64,000 nucleotides of DNA from Utricularia gibba (lineage: Eukaryota > Plantae > Magnoliophyta). This document shows positions 1 through 12,137 of this stretch, piece by piece. The position numbers and the translations under genes were made by a program. The notes beneath the pieces are model-generated. The model had not been told where the DNA came from, searched no databases, and worked only from the letters and a program-made list of their open reading frames with translations. The DNA lies in assembly GCA_002189035.1 (NCBI GenBank), contig NEEC01000017.1, forward strand, positions 1,302,001 through 1,366,000. Reading direction: 5' to 3'. The stretch's first letter is position 1. The number at the start of each line of letters is the position of its first letter.

Positions 1-45
1 ATTCGACTCGTACAAGTTACTAATTTAGGCAACTCTAGAACGGCA

Positions 46-90
46 CACGTGGAGGTAGATCAGGCGCCCTCGCTAGAATGGCGCCACGTG
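46..90 (+). promoter_or_regulatory. Two G-box/ABRE elements upstream of the LEA gene
   Basis: CACGTGG at 46-52 and GCCACGTG at 83-90 (ACGTGGC on the minus strand), about 110-150 nt before the ATG at 197, with a TATA-like TATATTTA near 133. Paired ABREs are typical of ABA-induced LEA promoters. Confidence 0.6.
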
Positions 91-196
91 TGTTTTTTCA
101 CTAACTATGGAAACCGTCAGCTTTTTTATTTATATATTTACTGCTCCACGGTACTCCCTCTTTCCCGGTAGATTGCTGTTCTGACTGTTTTCCGAT

Positions 197-1032
197 ATGG
201 CGGTGAAGACGGCGGCGTTGGTGTTCATGTTGTGCGTCTTTGTGGCGGCGCGTGGGGAGGAAGAGGCGCCGGCCACTTCCGATGACGATAGAAATTCCGC
301 CAGTTCTTGGCGGGTTGGGCCACAAACACTTTCTCTAGGTACATAATTTTTTACTCCTCTTTTTAGTTTTTGTAATTTTGAATTAAATTAATTTATTTTA
401 GAGGAATCAACATGGGCTCGGAGGAAGCCCAGAGAGCGGCTGAGAAAACCCAGGAAGCTGCTGGAGAAGCCACCGACACCGTGAATTCAGCTACATTTGG
501 TGCATTTCTTGCTTCGTTTCATTGTATGTGATTCTGGAAGTTTGATCATTTTTTCTTTCTTCCTCTTTTTTTTCATCTCTCAGAGACGTCGAAGCAGGCC
601 TCTGAAAAAGCGAGCGACTTCGCCCAAAGCACATGGCAGAAAATGAAGCCTGAAGACCAGGACACAGGCAAACAAAACTAAATTTGTTGTGTGGTTTGCT
701 CTGAAATGGGCGCTGCACTCATTCACTAATCATGCTCTGAAACGAATAGTGGGTTGTGCTCTGTTATTGATGATGCATCTTCTGCTGCAGAAGGAACAGG
801 CCAGGGGATCAAAGATGGTGGCTCAGAGGCGTATGAAAAGGGCAAAGAAAAGATAAAAATGGCGACGGAGAAAGCTTCTGATTTGTACGAGGACGCAAAA
901 GAGAAGGTTGGGGAGACGTATGAATCCATGTCTGCAGAAGCGAGGCAAAAATATGAAGCAGCCAAAGAGAGAGCTTCACAGGCAGCAGGAGATATAGGGG
1001 CCCAAATGAGGAGGGGAAGTGCAGAATTGTGA
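197..1032 (+). CDS. Secreted LEA-type (late embryogenesis abundant) protein, 4 exons, apparent 1-nt frameshift near 310
   Basis: ATG 197, signal-peptide-like MAVKTAALVFMLCVFVAARG. Exons about 197-338, 402-499, 584-667 (GC donor), 791-1032. A/E/K-rich LEA repeats (AYEKGKEKIKMATEKASDLYEDAKEKVGETYE). The SWAGWA motif appears only if one G is added at 309-310. Confidence 0.75.
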
Positions 1033-1211
1033 GAAGTCTCTGTCTTTTGTTCATCAATAAGGTTTTGAACCACTGGAAATCAAACATCTTAGTAACATAT
1101 ATCAGATTTTGGAGTATGCATAGAAAATGATTCTCCATGGAAATCAAGTACGTTGCTTTTCAATGTACACCGTCATACCAAAAAAACAGTAAGAAGCTGA
1201 GAAATTGAAGC

Positions 1212-1710
1212 TCATCCAAAGCACTGTTCGCTGGGAAGAGGACCGGGAAGGGAACCCTGATCGAGAAACTGCAATCCAAACACCACAATTATTCCCAACA
1301 GACACAGATACGAGAGACCCTCAACGGCTCCCAGTAATCCAAATGGCCCGTTCGGAAGACCCGAACCCGTTTTGCTCTTCGTGTACAGAGACCACGCCAC
1401 GATTGCGCCAACCGTCAGAAAACTCACTCCCTCCAGCGCGCCGATTGATCCTCCAGGACCCGGAGGGAGCCCGCATCTGGTGGTCTTAAGTGTGTACAGA
1501 GACCAAACCACCACCGGGTTCGCGATTAGACCTCCTATAATGGCTGCGCTCTCCACGACGGTGGGGCTGCCGCTGCTCCCTTCGCCACGGGCCATGGCGT
1601 GAATTTTGAGGATACGGCAACGGGGAATGGATTCCGGCCGGTGCAGAAGGCGGCATAGCGACGGCAGCTTGCGATTGCGGGAATTGAAAGGGGGTTGATA
1701 GCAGCAACAT
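1212..1710 (-). CDS. Small chloroplast-type membrane protein with an internal duplicated GLPxGPxGxxGAxEG motif (resembles Arabidopsis At3g50685 as I recall it)
   Basis: ORF 1212-1595 carries WSLYTLKTTRCGLPPGPGGSIGALEGVSFL and WSLYTKSKTGSGLPNGPFGLLGAVEGLSYL and ends GPLPSEQCFG. The upstream in-frame sequence reads like a transit peptide and links to an ATG at 1710 through a frameshift in the run at 1687-1694. Confidence 0.75.
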
Positions 1711-2606
1711 TTTTTTTTCTGGATGGAGCTTGTGGCTGCGAACTGGCTGCCTTAGCTTCAGATGCGAGAGCAATGGCTACAAAAATATTAGCTTTTTATT
1801 CTTTATTTCTTTTATTGTACAGAATTACACATCGCATACATCACCCCTAATCAGATCCGTTGCCAAGATCCGAATCATCCACCTCTCACGAACTATTTAG
1901 CTACTGTATTTTGCAAACTCAGGTACAGAGTCCTCGTTCAGATCTGTCCAAGCTACATTTTTTCAACGAAAACTTTAAAAAACGGAATCTGGGTAGCAAT
2001 TTGAAGTGCTAGTTGCAGCCAGGAATGGTGAGGCAGGAGGCAACTCCACTATACGGTGTACAGGCCACGTTGCCCACCGACTCATCACGTGAACGGACGC
2101 AAATTCCTGGCTCATTTCTCGCTTATGTTCCGCTTTAATCGCGAATCGTCAATGCGTTTTGCCTTTAGTTTTAGTTTGTCATCCTCAACACGCTCCCCTG
2201 TTGGTGTCGGTCTGAAATTTCTCTCTTTTATCTCAAATCTCCAAATGGGGTTTCGTTGTTTTTCCTTTCCCTTTGATGGATGCCTCCTGTTGATAGATCC
2301 ATGTTCTTGCATTCTTGCCTAAGGATCATTTTCTGTTTGATTTGCGAATTGGGTAGGAAGTAGTTTGGTTCATCGTTTTGAATCAGTTTCGCAATTGCAC
2401 AGGGTTTTCCATCTAATTCAACTCCAAAAACAATCTGAACTTTTGCTGCGTTACATACGTTTTTGAAGGAAAATTCCATCTTTACAAGGGAAATGGGAAC
2501 ATGGGGTCAATTCTCTCGAGCTTGCAGTTTTCTTGTACAGTACAGTTTCTCATAGATGCAACATTTCTCTTTGCCGTAGGCTGTAAGAAGCTAGCTTTGC
2601 CACAAA

Positions 2607-3520
2607 ATGTCCTCCCCTAGCAAGAGGCGCGATATGGACATCATGAAACTGTGAGTATTGCTTTCCCATGGTTTTTCTTCGCTGACGCGATATGGATATC
2701 ATCTACATGACTGCAGAATGATGAGTGATTATAATGTTGAATCGGTTGATGATCGCGCAAATGAGTTCAACATAGAATTTCATGGACCCAAAGAGAGTAA
2801 TCTACCAACCTTGTCATTGTGCAAAGATGACAATTTTGTTTACCTACTGTTGCTGTCTCTTTCACTTGTTGATCACTTTCTTCTCTGCGCTGCATCTGAT
2901 TTAGGTCTGTATGAAGGTGGAGTATGGAAGGTTCGAGTTGAACTTCCTGATGCATATCCTTACAAGTCTCCTTCTATCGTGTTCGTGAACAAAATTTTCC
3001 ACCCCAATGTCGATGAACTGTAAGCTCTGCAAGTCTTTCTGTTTCTGTGTGCATCTGAGTAGCTAGCGCCTTCCTTGTCTTGATAGGTCTGGATCTGTCT
3101 GCTTGGATGTGATAAATCAGTCTTGGAGTCCGATGTTCGGTACGCACAAAGTTTGCTCGAATTCTTCTTGTCGAATCCAGGGCATATTGGTGTCTTCTTC
3201 TAATGCAGATCTGATAAACGTGTTCGAGGTGTTCCTCCCTCAACTACTGCTTTATCCAAACGCAGCAGATCCCCTGAATGGAGATGCTGCCTCCCTCATG
3301 ATCAAAGACAGGACCCAATACGAACAGAAGGTGAAGGGTATGTTCTCTACCTTGATCCTTTCTTTTATCATGGGAGCTGAGATGGTTTCGGTGATCAGAA
3401 TACTGCGAACGCTACGCGAAGCAGACTGTGGGTAACGCCGGATCGGAGGAGAGTAGCGATGAGGCAAGTGATGACGAAGAATTCAGCGACGAGGATGTTC
3501 TGGGTCATGCCGATCTGTGA
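2607..3520 (+). CDS. UBC: Ubiquitin-conjugating enzyme E2, UBC4/5/6-type with acidic tail
   Basis: [93 protein letters not shown]..; active-site Cys in SVCLDV; GT-AG introns in phase; stop at 3518-3520. Confidence 0.95.
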
Positions 3521-3671
3521 TTTCCCGTTTCCTCAACTCCTTGATGATGCTGTGAAACTAGAACCAGAAACCGGGTGTTTTTTTTTTTTTTTTACCAGAA
3601 AAGATGAAAAGAATTAAGTTTTTGCATTCAAACAAACGTAAATGCAGACAAAAGAGACACTGACCGATCCC

Positions 3672-4136
3672 TCAGTGCGGAGTGCTCTGCAGATTCTTGG
3701 ATCGCCCCCACGGAATCGCCGCGTATCGCGCCGAGAAGTCCCTGAAAACCACATCGCTATCGTCCTCGGCCTCCTGTCCCCGTCCGTCGTCGAAATTGAG
3801 GGCGTAGCTCAAAGGATCGTACTGAAATCTCGTCGGCTTCACTCTTCCGGAAGTCTTGTTAAGCCGCCGAATGAACGTCTTCCACTTAGGCCCAGCGAGG
3901 AGCTCCGACCATTCCCTCACCTTCTTCAACGCATCCACAGAATTCATCGAAAAACTCCGATGGACGTGTTCCGGCACAGAAATCCGCTCCCAACCTTCCG
4001 ATTTTCTGGATCCAAAACAGGGGAATTGGAGGCAGCGGGAGCCCCATCCAGAGCTATCAAAGACACCTGAATTCGATTCATCAACGGGCTCATTCGCGTC
4101 GCTTCTTGAGGGTAAACCGGCGGCGAGTTGCGCCAT
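3672..4136 (-). CDS. Uncharacterised plant-specific single-exon protein (154 aa)
   Basis: Contains family motifs KKVREWSELLAGPKWKTFIRR, FQYDPLSYALNFDDG and RDFSARYA, which I recognise from a widespread angiosperm family of unknown function. Confidence 0.8.
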   Translation of the reverse strand: MAQLAAGLPSRSDANEPVDESNSGVFDSSGWGSRCLQFPCFGSRKSEGWERISVPEHVHRSFSMNSVDALKKVREWSELLAGPKWKTFIRRLNKTSGRVKPTRFQYDPLSYALNFDDGRGQEAEDDSDVVFRDFSARYAAIPWGRSKNLQSTPH

Positions 4137-4564
4137 TAAACCGAACTCAAAAGAAACCCTAGCAGAAAACTCCCATATTCAAAAGCTTTCTTCCCTCTTA
4201 CTTCGAGTTTCCTGCTGATTTCCCTGATCTAAACCGGCGAGTGGGAAAACGGTAACTCGGGAAGGGCTACGGGGAAACGCCGGTTTCAAGAAGCGCCATC
4301 TTTACTACGCTCTTTAAAGAAGTAGCCAGATGGCAACCGGCAGATGACCGGAATACACCTGGGTATAGAATTCCAGGTCAGTGAGGTACAACGGTCGAGC
4401 TACGGCCTAGGTTTTTAAACACTCCATCGGTGGGTTAGGTTTTAGGGCTTTCAACAATAAAAATGATACATTTAATGAAATTCATTATTTATTAATAAAA
4501 TATATGAAAAAAATAAATTATACAAAGAAATAATGAGGTTAAAACATTAAACTTGAGACTTAAA

Positions 4565-4780
4565 CAGTATTTTGAAAATTTTTTGAATCATATATTTACT
4601 TTTTAAAAATAAAAATAATTTTGTTCTAAAATATTAATAATTATAAAAGTAATTTTATCAAAAATATTTTTAAAATTATATTATAAAAATTACTTTTAAA
4701 AAATAATAAATATATTACTTTTACTTTTCTAAAATAATTTTTAAAAAGTAAAAATAAATTCCAAAAATTTTCCAAAACAA
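4565..4780. mobile_element. MITE-like element, copy A (about 215-230 bp, AT-rich)
   Basis: Imperfect inverted ends: gtattttgaaaattttttgaatc..ttactttt versus aaaagtaaaaataaattccaaaaattttccaaaacaat. The internal sequence is similar to 22125-22353. Confidence 0.55.
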
Positions 4781-6443
4781 TATTTTAGATGATATTCTAC
4801 ACGACTTTTTTGAATTACTTCTCCTTATACAATCATAATAATACGAATATAATCAGAACAATAAATAATTATCTTTTTTCTTTTGTTTTTAAATTTTTCT
4901 TTCTTCTTATTCATCCATTCCCTATCATTTAAAATGGGATAGACACCAAGTTTTATCATCCTAAAAATATTATATGAATTTACCTTTAATATGTTAGATT
5001 TTGTTTTTTGAAACTTTTTGATAATAAACTACCTTTTTATAACCTCTTAAAAACAATAAATATCTATATTTTTTTTCAACCAAAAATCGTTTATGTTTTT
5101 CGTCTGATCTACCAAAATCGCTGATTTGTTGAGAAAATATTTAATTTAATCTTCTTTCATATAATAAAAATAGAATTTAGAAAAATACCCATTTTTAGAT
5201 GCCCACATTGAAACTTGTTCGATATTTTGGGCCTCGCCAAGCCACGAGCCGCCCGTTCAGCCCAACGTAGTGGCCCATATTGCAATGTCCACTTTGCTTA
5301 CCGCGTATTCATATGATATTTTAATTTACTCAATATTAAATGTAGGTGGAATTAATTTAGATAAAAAATAAATAATTTCAAAAATACGAATGTGTTTTAT
5401 AAATATTATTATTTAATTAAGAATCATTTCTCACGTGCATGATATAAAGTTTATGATGAAATTCACATATGATATTATCAAAATTCTATATTAAATAATT
5501 ATAAACACACATTAGATTAATATTGAAATTTATCATCAAATGATTAAATAAACTCATTTTAAATAAAATAATTACTTAAATGTACAATCCATATTATTAA
5601 ATATCAGTCCTTAACAAATATGTGACTAAGCTCTAAAATATTATATTAACTAATGAAATATGCAATAAAAATTCTGAAATATTGTTAAGACTGGTCTAGT
5701 GGTGGCAGGTTGTGCAAGAGAAGGGGTTGAAGGCCAATAAGCAATACACGTTTCGTGTGTGCTCCAAGGCGCTAAGGATTAGACACCTACCAGAACAGAC
5801 ATTAACATATACCTAAACCTCTGCTCCCCTCCTCACTGTGCACTACCTTGTGATCATCTTGGCCACATGACACTAGCCGAGCATTCATTTGGAACAACAT
5901 GCAGTTCAGATCCTCCCACCCTCCTCTTAATGCCATCCTTGATTCGCATCCATTCAAACTCGTTGTTCTGTAAAGTATGCGTGGGTGGAGCTAAATCAGA
6001 GAAAGTTAAAAGTTAAATAATCAAGTATATAAAAAAATATATATTAATAATGATTGGTTCTATTTGATATTTTATAATGTAATTCATGTTTATTATGTAT
6101 TTGGATTTTAAGTAATCATTTGATTCATTGGATACTTAAGTTTAATATTAGGTGAACAAGGAAGCATGCTGGCTAGATGTTCCGTTTTTTAATCTTTCTC
6201 ACCCAAGTGCATGAAAATGGTGAAATTTTTTTCGTGTAGTTGAGTTTTTGGTGCAATGAGCGGTATGCATTGTAAAAGTGCTGGTTTAAGAGAGTAATCA
6301 TTTGCATCTTGTGTTCACCAATCATGGCGTATGGTTGAGATATTTCATGGAACTGGTTAGAATACCCACCCCAATAATTTGATATTTCTGCAGTCGCACA
6401 CACAAGCCACACACACGTAAAGCAGCGTCGATCAATACTCGTT

Positions 6444-6710
6444 TCAGTTGTGTACTACCTCCATGACGGTTTCCCGACGATGAAAGCTCCGGTGGCAGCC
6501 GCAGGCGGCGCAAATGAGGGCCCCACGGGTGCCGTCCTCGCCGGAGGCCATGAACTCCCGGCAGCCGTCCACTGCGTAGCCGCCCTCATTCGCAACCTGG
6601 TTCTTCTGGCACTCCGCGTACCTCACCGTCCGCACGGTGGAGGCGGAGCCGGTAGAGTTGGTCGGAAATTGGTCGTCGGATTTCAAGCAGACCACGTGGC
6701 GTTTCTTCAT
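6444..6710 (-). CDS. MIF: Mini zinc finger protein (ZF-HD dimerisation domain only), 88 aa
   Basis: [63 protein letters not shown] with no homeodomain. The MIF-like start MKKR is at 6710; the longer track ORF begins at 6827. Confidence 0.9.
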   Translation of the reverse strand: MKKRHVVCLKSDDQFPTNSTGSASTVRTVRYAECQKNQVANEGGYAVDGCREFMASGEDGTRGALICAACGCHRSFHRRETVMEVVHN

Positions 6711-9071
6711 TCGGACGGGGGAGTGAGATGCTCCCTGTCTCCTCAAGATTGTTATCTCCACCAAATCGGACTGGTTTTCTTCTTCGTCTATGTGCAGCGG
6801 GGGAACCCTAACCCTAGATAGCTCCATTTATACAGCGAGACAGAAGATTCCTTTCAAACGTGAACCACTAAACATATTTGTTTGGCAGATATTTTTTAAT
6901 TATTCCGTTAATCACCATATTATAACACTTTTGTTCCTGTACGGAAATACCGAAAATCAATAAACAAAAAAACGAGCCATTCCTCCCGTTGCCTATTCAT
7001 GATACATCTGGTTTCATGGACTAGTCAATTCTAAATATTAAATAAGTTATAGTATACTTGTTGAAACTAAGTATCGAAGTAATTCAAATATATAAAAAAT
7101 ATAGATCACATTAGAAAAAATTATATTCAACTAATATTTAATTATTTTTTCTAATAATACTTTGTATTTTCACTTAGCTAGTATTATATTAATATCAACT
7201 AATTATCTTTATATTTCCACTAGAGTCATAAGTAACTCCCCTCACCCTATTTTAGTCTCAACTAATAATGAATTGATGGCGCCCAACTACCCTGCTTCCA
7301 AGCCTCACTTAGCGAGGGCCCACTCACTAGATTATTGGAAGACCCCTGGCCCCACACCACGTTCACTTCATTTCACCCCTCAGGACCGACGGACGACGCC
7401 GTTTCCTACAGGAGGCGACGGGGTGTTATTAAATAAAAATATAGATTATATTACATACTGTATTTCACGAATGCTTTAATTCAACTGCAAATTTGTCGTC
7501 AAAATTATTTTATTTTGCTTTTCAATCTGAAAAGGTCGACGACAATGGAATGTTTGTCGGTACTAGTAAAATTGAATTGAAAAAAAAATAAGATTATAAA
7601 TTGAGCATCAATTATGTCATTAATATAAATAATAGCAACTGTTTTTTTTATTTTTAAATAATAGAAATCAATTATAAATGGTTTTGCGTAGCTGAGGGGT
7701 CAATGAGATGGGGCCCATGCTTCACCATTTAAAATAATGATATAATAACCAAAAATACGTAAGCCATGCCATGCATGCGGTGTTGGGTTGTGGGGGAGGC
7801 CCATGTGAAGTCATGGGCCCAATCCTCTCCCTGCTGCAGGCCCAGCAGCTGGTGGATGGGTCCTTTTGTCCCCAGTAGGAAGGACATGAGATGGGGGTAG
7901 GGGGCCAGGGGCTCCAATGATGCGGCTCTGCTTGGCCCAGCAGCTGCTTCCATTCAAAGCATTTATGGGTCCGGGTCCGGGTCCGGGTTTTGTCCATGTA
8001 ATTTGGTCCACTCCCGAGTTTACATCAACCATTTGGTCCAATCGTACCGCATCACTTCAAATCACATTACGCCCATCATAATCACCCTGTACTGTGTGGT
8101 TCCACAAGCCCAACCACCTGATTTTTATGACCTCCATTAACCCACAAACGAGTAACCAACCCCTGTTTTTTTTTAATCCCATATATATGGAGTTACTTAA
8201 AATTACTTCCCTATTTAACTTTACTTAAAACCAATAATTCTATTTTTAATTTCAATAACTAAACACTACTTAAAATTTAATACCAATATATCAAATTTAT
8301 TTAAATCTAAATAAATTAAACTCATTTTATCTCATTGCTCTCAATTAATACACTTAGATTATATTTGATAATATAGTATAAAATCACATAAATTATTGTT
8401 TTATTAACTAATATATATCTATATACAAACTGATTATATCATTCATATACTTATTTTTTAAGTATGTCAATAATATACATAAAATAAAAGAAATTCATAT
8501 ATTAATATTTCTATTTTTGAATATTAAACGTTATATAAAGTTGAGTATATATATATATATACTCAATTACAGTATACTTAAATATACTAATATTCTAATT
8601 TCAAACAATTTCTAATTATATGGATGAGTGCCCCCATGGATGGTGTGACGGTTGAGACGTTATGAAACCGGCCATTTGAATATAAAGATGACCCGATCCA
8701 CGACAACGACTCCCCACAAATCAAATTCCCACATTGAAGACAAATGTATGCAGCAGAGTGTCAATGCCCGTGGATGCGGTCCTTTTTTTCTTTTTCTTTT
8801 TTTGTTTTTTTAAATATAATTAAAATTAAAATTCAATTCTAAATTTAATAGTAATAATAATAATAATAATAATATAATAATTGAGAGAGACAAGAAAAAA
8901 CAGCATTAAATATATCTCAAGGGTGCCGTGGTAGGGAGGTAGGAAGGGGAGAAGGGACTCCTCCCCTTTTATTTAATGTCTGCTACCTAATAGTAACTGC
9001 ATGCATTTAATTAATTAGCCAACAAGCGCCACATTTTCTTGTATAAGATGGATTAATTAGCATAATCCCCC

Positions 9072-9829
9072 TCAGATTAGGCTCCTAATGATTGCTGCCT
9101 CCGGGCTCTCTGCGTCGACGGTGGACAGCAGCTGCGACAGCCTCTCGCTCAGATCCTCCACCTCCTTGTGCAGGTCCCTGATGTAGTTGCACGTCTCCTG
9201 CAGCACCTTGTTCGCCGGAACCTGAACCCATTACACCCCACGTATCAGCAAGCAAGCACGCAAGCATGCATGTGTAAAAGCTGCTGCAACACAACTCGTT
9301 TCCTTTTTGTTTCTAGGAGAAAGGCACGGACTTGCTTATATTGCTCACTTTTTCAATGAAGAAATCATGCTACCACATTTATAGCTGAGTTTCCTTTATG
9401 GGTAGGAGGGACTAGTGGCTCTAAGAAAGTGGAATTAATCAGCATTGACTTGTGGGAAACAACCTCCACTCCCCAGAGACTCTATCCTCGAGATGTAACT
9501 TTTTTTTTACCTCAGACATAGCTGAGTGTCGGGGTAAAATGGATGGATGGAGTGTTTGGGGTGCATGGTGAATGTAGGGAATGCAATTTCACCTTCTGCA
9601 CGCGGCGCTAGAAGCTATTTGGTGTCTAAAAATTGAAGGGTTTTTTCCTGGTTGGGGATGCCTGATGACAGATGTGATAGGGTAGTTGGAAGAATACCTT
9701 GTTTGATCGACGGTTGCTGCGCATTTCGGGGAGGAGTTGATCCAGTTTGGAGACGAGGTCTCTGATCTGCTGATCAGTTATCCTGGTGGCGGCGCTGGTG
9801 GTGGGCTGCCTTGACCTCCGGCTGGACAT
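9072..9829 (-). CDS. PRE: PRE/ILI-type atypical (non-DNA-binding) HLH protein, 2 exons, 93 aa
   Basis: Exon 1 (9829-9698) [31 protein letters not shown]. Exon 2 (9221-9072) [41 protein letters not shown]. Phase-0 GT-AG intron. Confidence 0.93.
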
Positions 9830-10111
9830 CGTCGGAGACAAGGAAGAAGGTGTTGCAGGTGGGGAGGATGGGGAAGAAGAAGAAGAAGAAGAAGGTGTAT
9901 ATATGCATCGTGGGGGAGGGGCATTTGGAGATATAAAACAAAACAAAATAAAAAAAAGGGTAATTTGGAGTGTTATAAAGGTGGATGGACCACAGAGAAA
10001 GAGATTAGAGGGGAGCGGGGGTAGGGCGCAACAACAAGGACAGTGATGTTGGATGTGAAGAAGACAAGCTAATTAGGAAAACCCAATGGTGTAGTGCAGC
10101 CATACTTCTAA

Positions 10112-10643
10112 CAACCCCTATGTCTTCCCACACTATAACCCTTAAAAACCTTTGATTCGAATTAGGGAGAGAATGTGATTGAATAGATAGATTTTGTTAA
10201 TCTCGTAGGATATTTTTTCCTTAAAATGGAAAAAAACGTAAAATCGTGAGAACCCTAAACATAGAATATCATGTAAAGTAATCGTGAATCAACCCCTATG
10301 TCTTCCCTCACTAGAATCGTTAATCAGTTCCCATTCAAACTAGGGAGAGTATGTGTTTGAATAGATAAATTTTTTTAATCTTGTATGAGATTTATTCATT
10401 AAAATGGAAAAAATATAAAATTGTGAAAAACTAAATGTAGAATATCATGTAAGGTAAATGTGGATCAACCCCTATGTCTTTCAACACTAGAACCATTAAC
10501 CAGCTCCGATTCGAACTAGGGAAATTATGTAATTTAATAGATAGATTTTCTTAATCTTGTATGAAATTTTTTTTCTTGAAATGAAAAAAATGTAAAATCG
10601 TGATAATCTAAAACGCACAATATCATGTATAGCAAGTGTAGAT
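10112..10643. repeat. Tandem repeat, 3 diverged copies of a 176-178 bp unit
   Basis: Units start CAACCCCTATGTCTT at 10112, 10290 and 10466 and share internal blocks (tagggagag, gaatagata, ttaatct, aatatcatgta). Confidence 0.9.
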
Positions 10644-12137
10644 CATGATAAATGAGGAACGGCTCTGTGTCTTTGGATCATTGAGTGTGCACTTGCAGAC
10701 GATGGATCATTAGTGATTCGCCAGATCGTAGCGGGAGACCTAACATGCAGCGCTGCGGTATGGATCGGGGTGCATCTTGCATCCTAAGTTGGTCTCAAGA
10801 AAATTAAATGCTGCGTGTCCCTGTTAGTTATGAAATTGTACTAACGAGAGTGGGCCTTCATGTGCATGCAGGCAGCAATGCACAAGACCGTGTGTCCAAA
10901 CGGGTCGGTCACTCATCTATCTCTACTCCCAATTTTTATTTCTTTTTAGCATTCTTGATTCGGCCTCCCATTTATCCCATTCCTACTAAAATGGCAAAAA
11001 CTAATAAAAACAAGAAATTTGCCTTAAAAATGGTGAAAGTCTTAACCCTTGTTAGATGCATAGTTTTCGGGTTAGTTTATGACGAGTTTATAAAATTATA
11101 GTTGTTTCGGTATATAGGTATATTTATACGAGTTTGGCATAAATATACTCACATAATATTCAAACCCAAAAGAGGATATAGGTATTTTTTATAGCTATAT
11201 ATCTGAATTTATCTAAATTCAAATAATCTAAAGTCGTAAAAATTTAAACTAACAAACCAAATAATCCCTAAAAATAATAATATTAAAATAGAATTTAATG
11301 AAAAGCAAATATTGTTAAGCACAATTCAATGGTAGTTCAAACCATAATTGAATAGTTTTTTTATTATTTTTGCTTATAAAAAATATGTCAAAGTGTGATT
11401 AAAACATGATTGACCACGAATGAATCTTGGTTTTTTTTTCTATTTTAAAACCTTTGTAACAAGTACTATATAAATATTACAATATCTTATAAATCATGAT
11501 GATTCTAAATGACTGCAACATGTCGTTTTGAAATTCGTTTTAAGTCAAAAGTTGATCGTCCAATGAATAATTGATACTCGAAAAATAAACTTATATTAGA
11601 CTTCCGGAGACGCTCCCATGGCAAGTACGAAATTTAATCAAATGTATATCCGAAATGATATATACCAAAGATGACCTTATTGTAATGGTAGAGGGAGTTA
11701 GGAAGCCCTTAAATTATTCCGTTTTAATCACATTTGGTCCTGATGCGAAAGTAGACCCCTTTATTGTCGTCCTTTTTTGCCTGGGGTGCGAAATTCCTCT
11801 TTTGCCCCTAAATCCTTATCGCGCTTTTCCTTCTGGTAGTTAATCTTCAATTCTTAGTTTTTAATTCATCCGTACGGTTTTCCCATCCATGGGCACACAT
11901 GACCCGATCCACTTATTTTCAGAAAAGAGTTCAATTCAATACCATGAAATCCATCCGCCAAAGTGGGCCGATAGGGGCCCATATTTTGTGAGCCGCATGT
12001 GGACCAATCCTTCTTCCTTTATGCCGTTGGGCCAGCCATTTGCGGCCCAATATGCTCTCATAAGTCATACTATGTTTAACCAAGGTTTTAAATTCCAAAT
12101 ATTCAGAATTTTGACTCATCTTTTTATTTATAAACCT

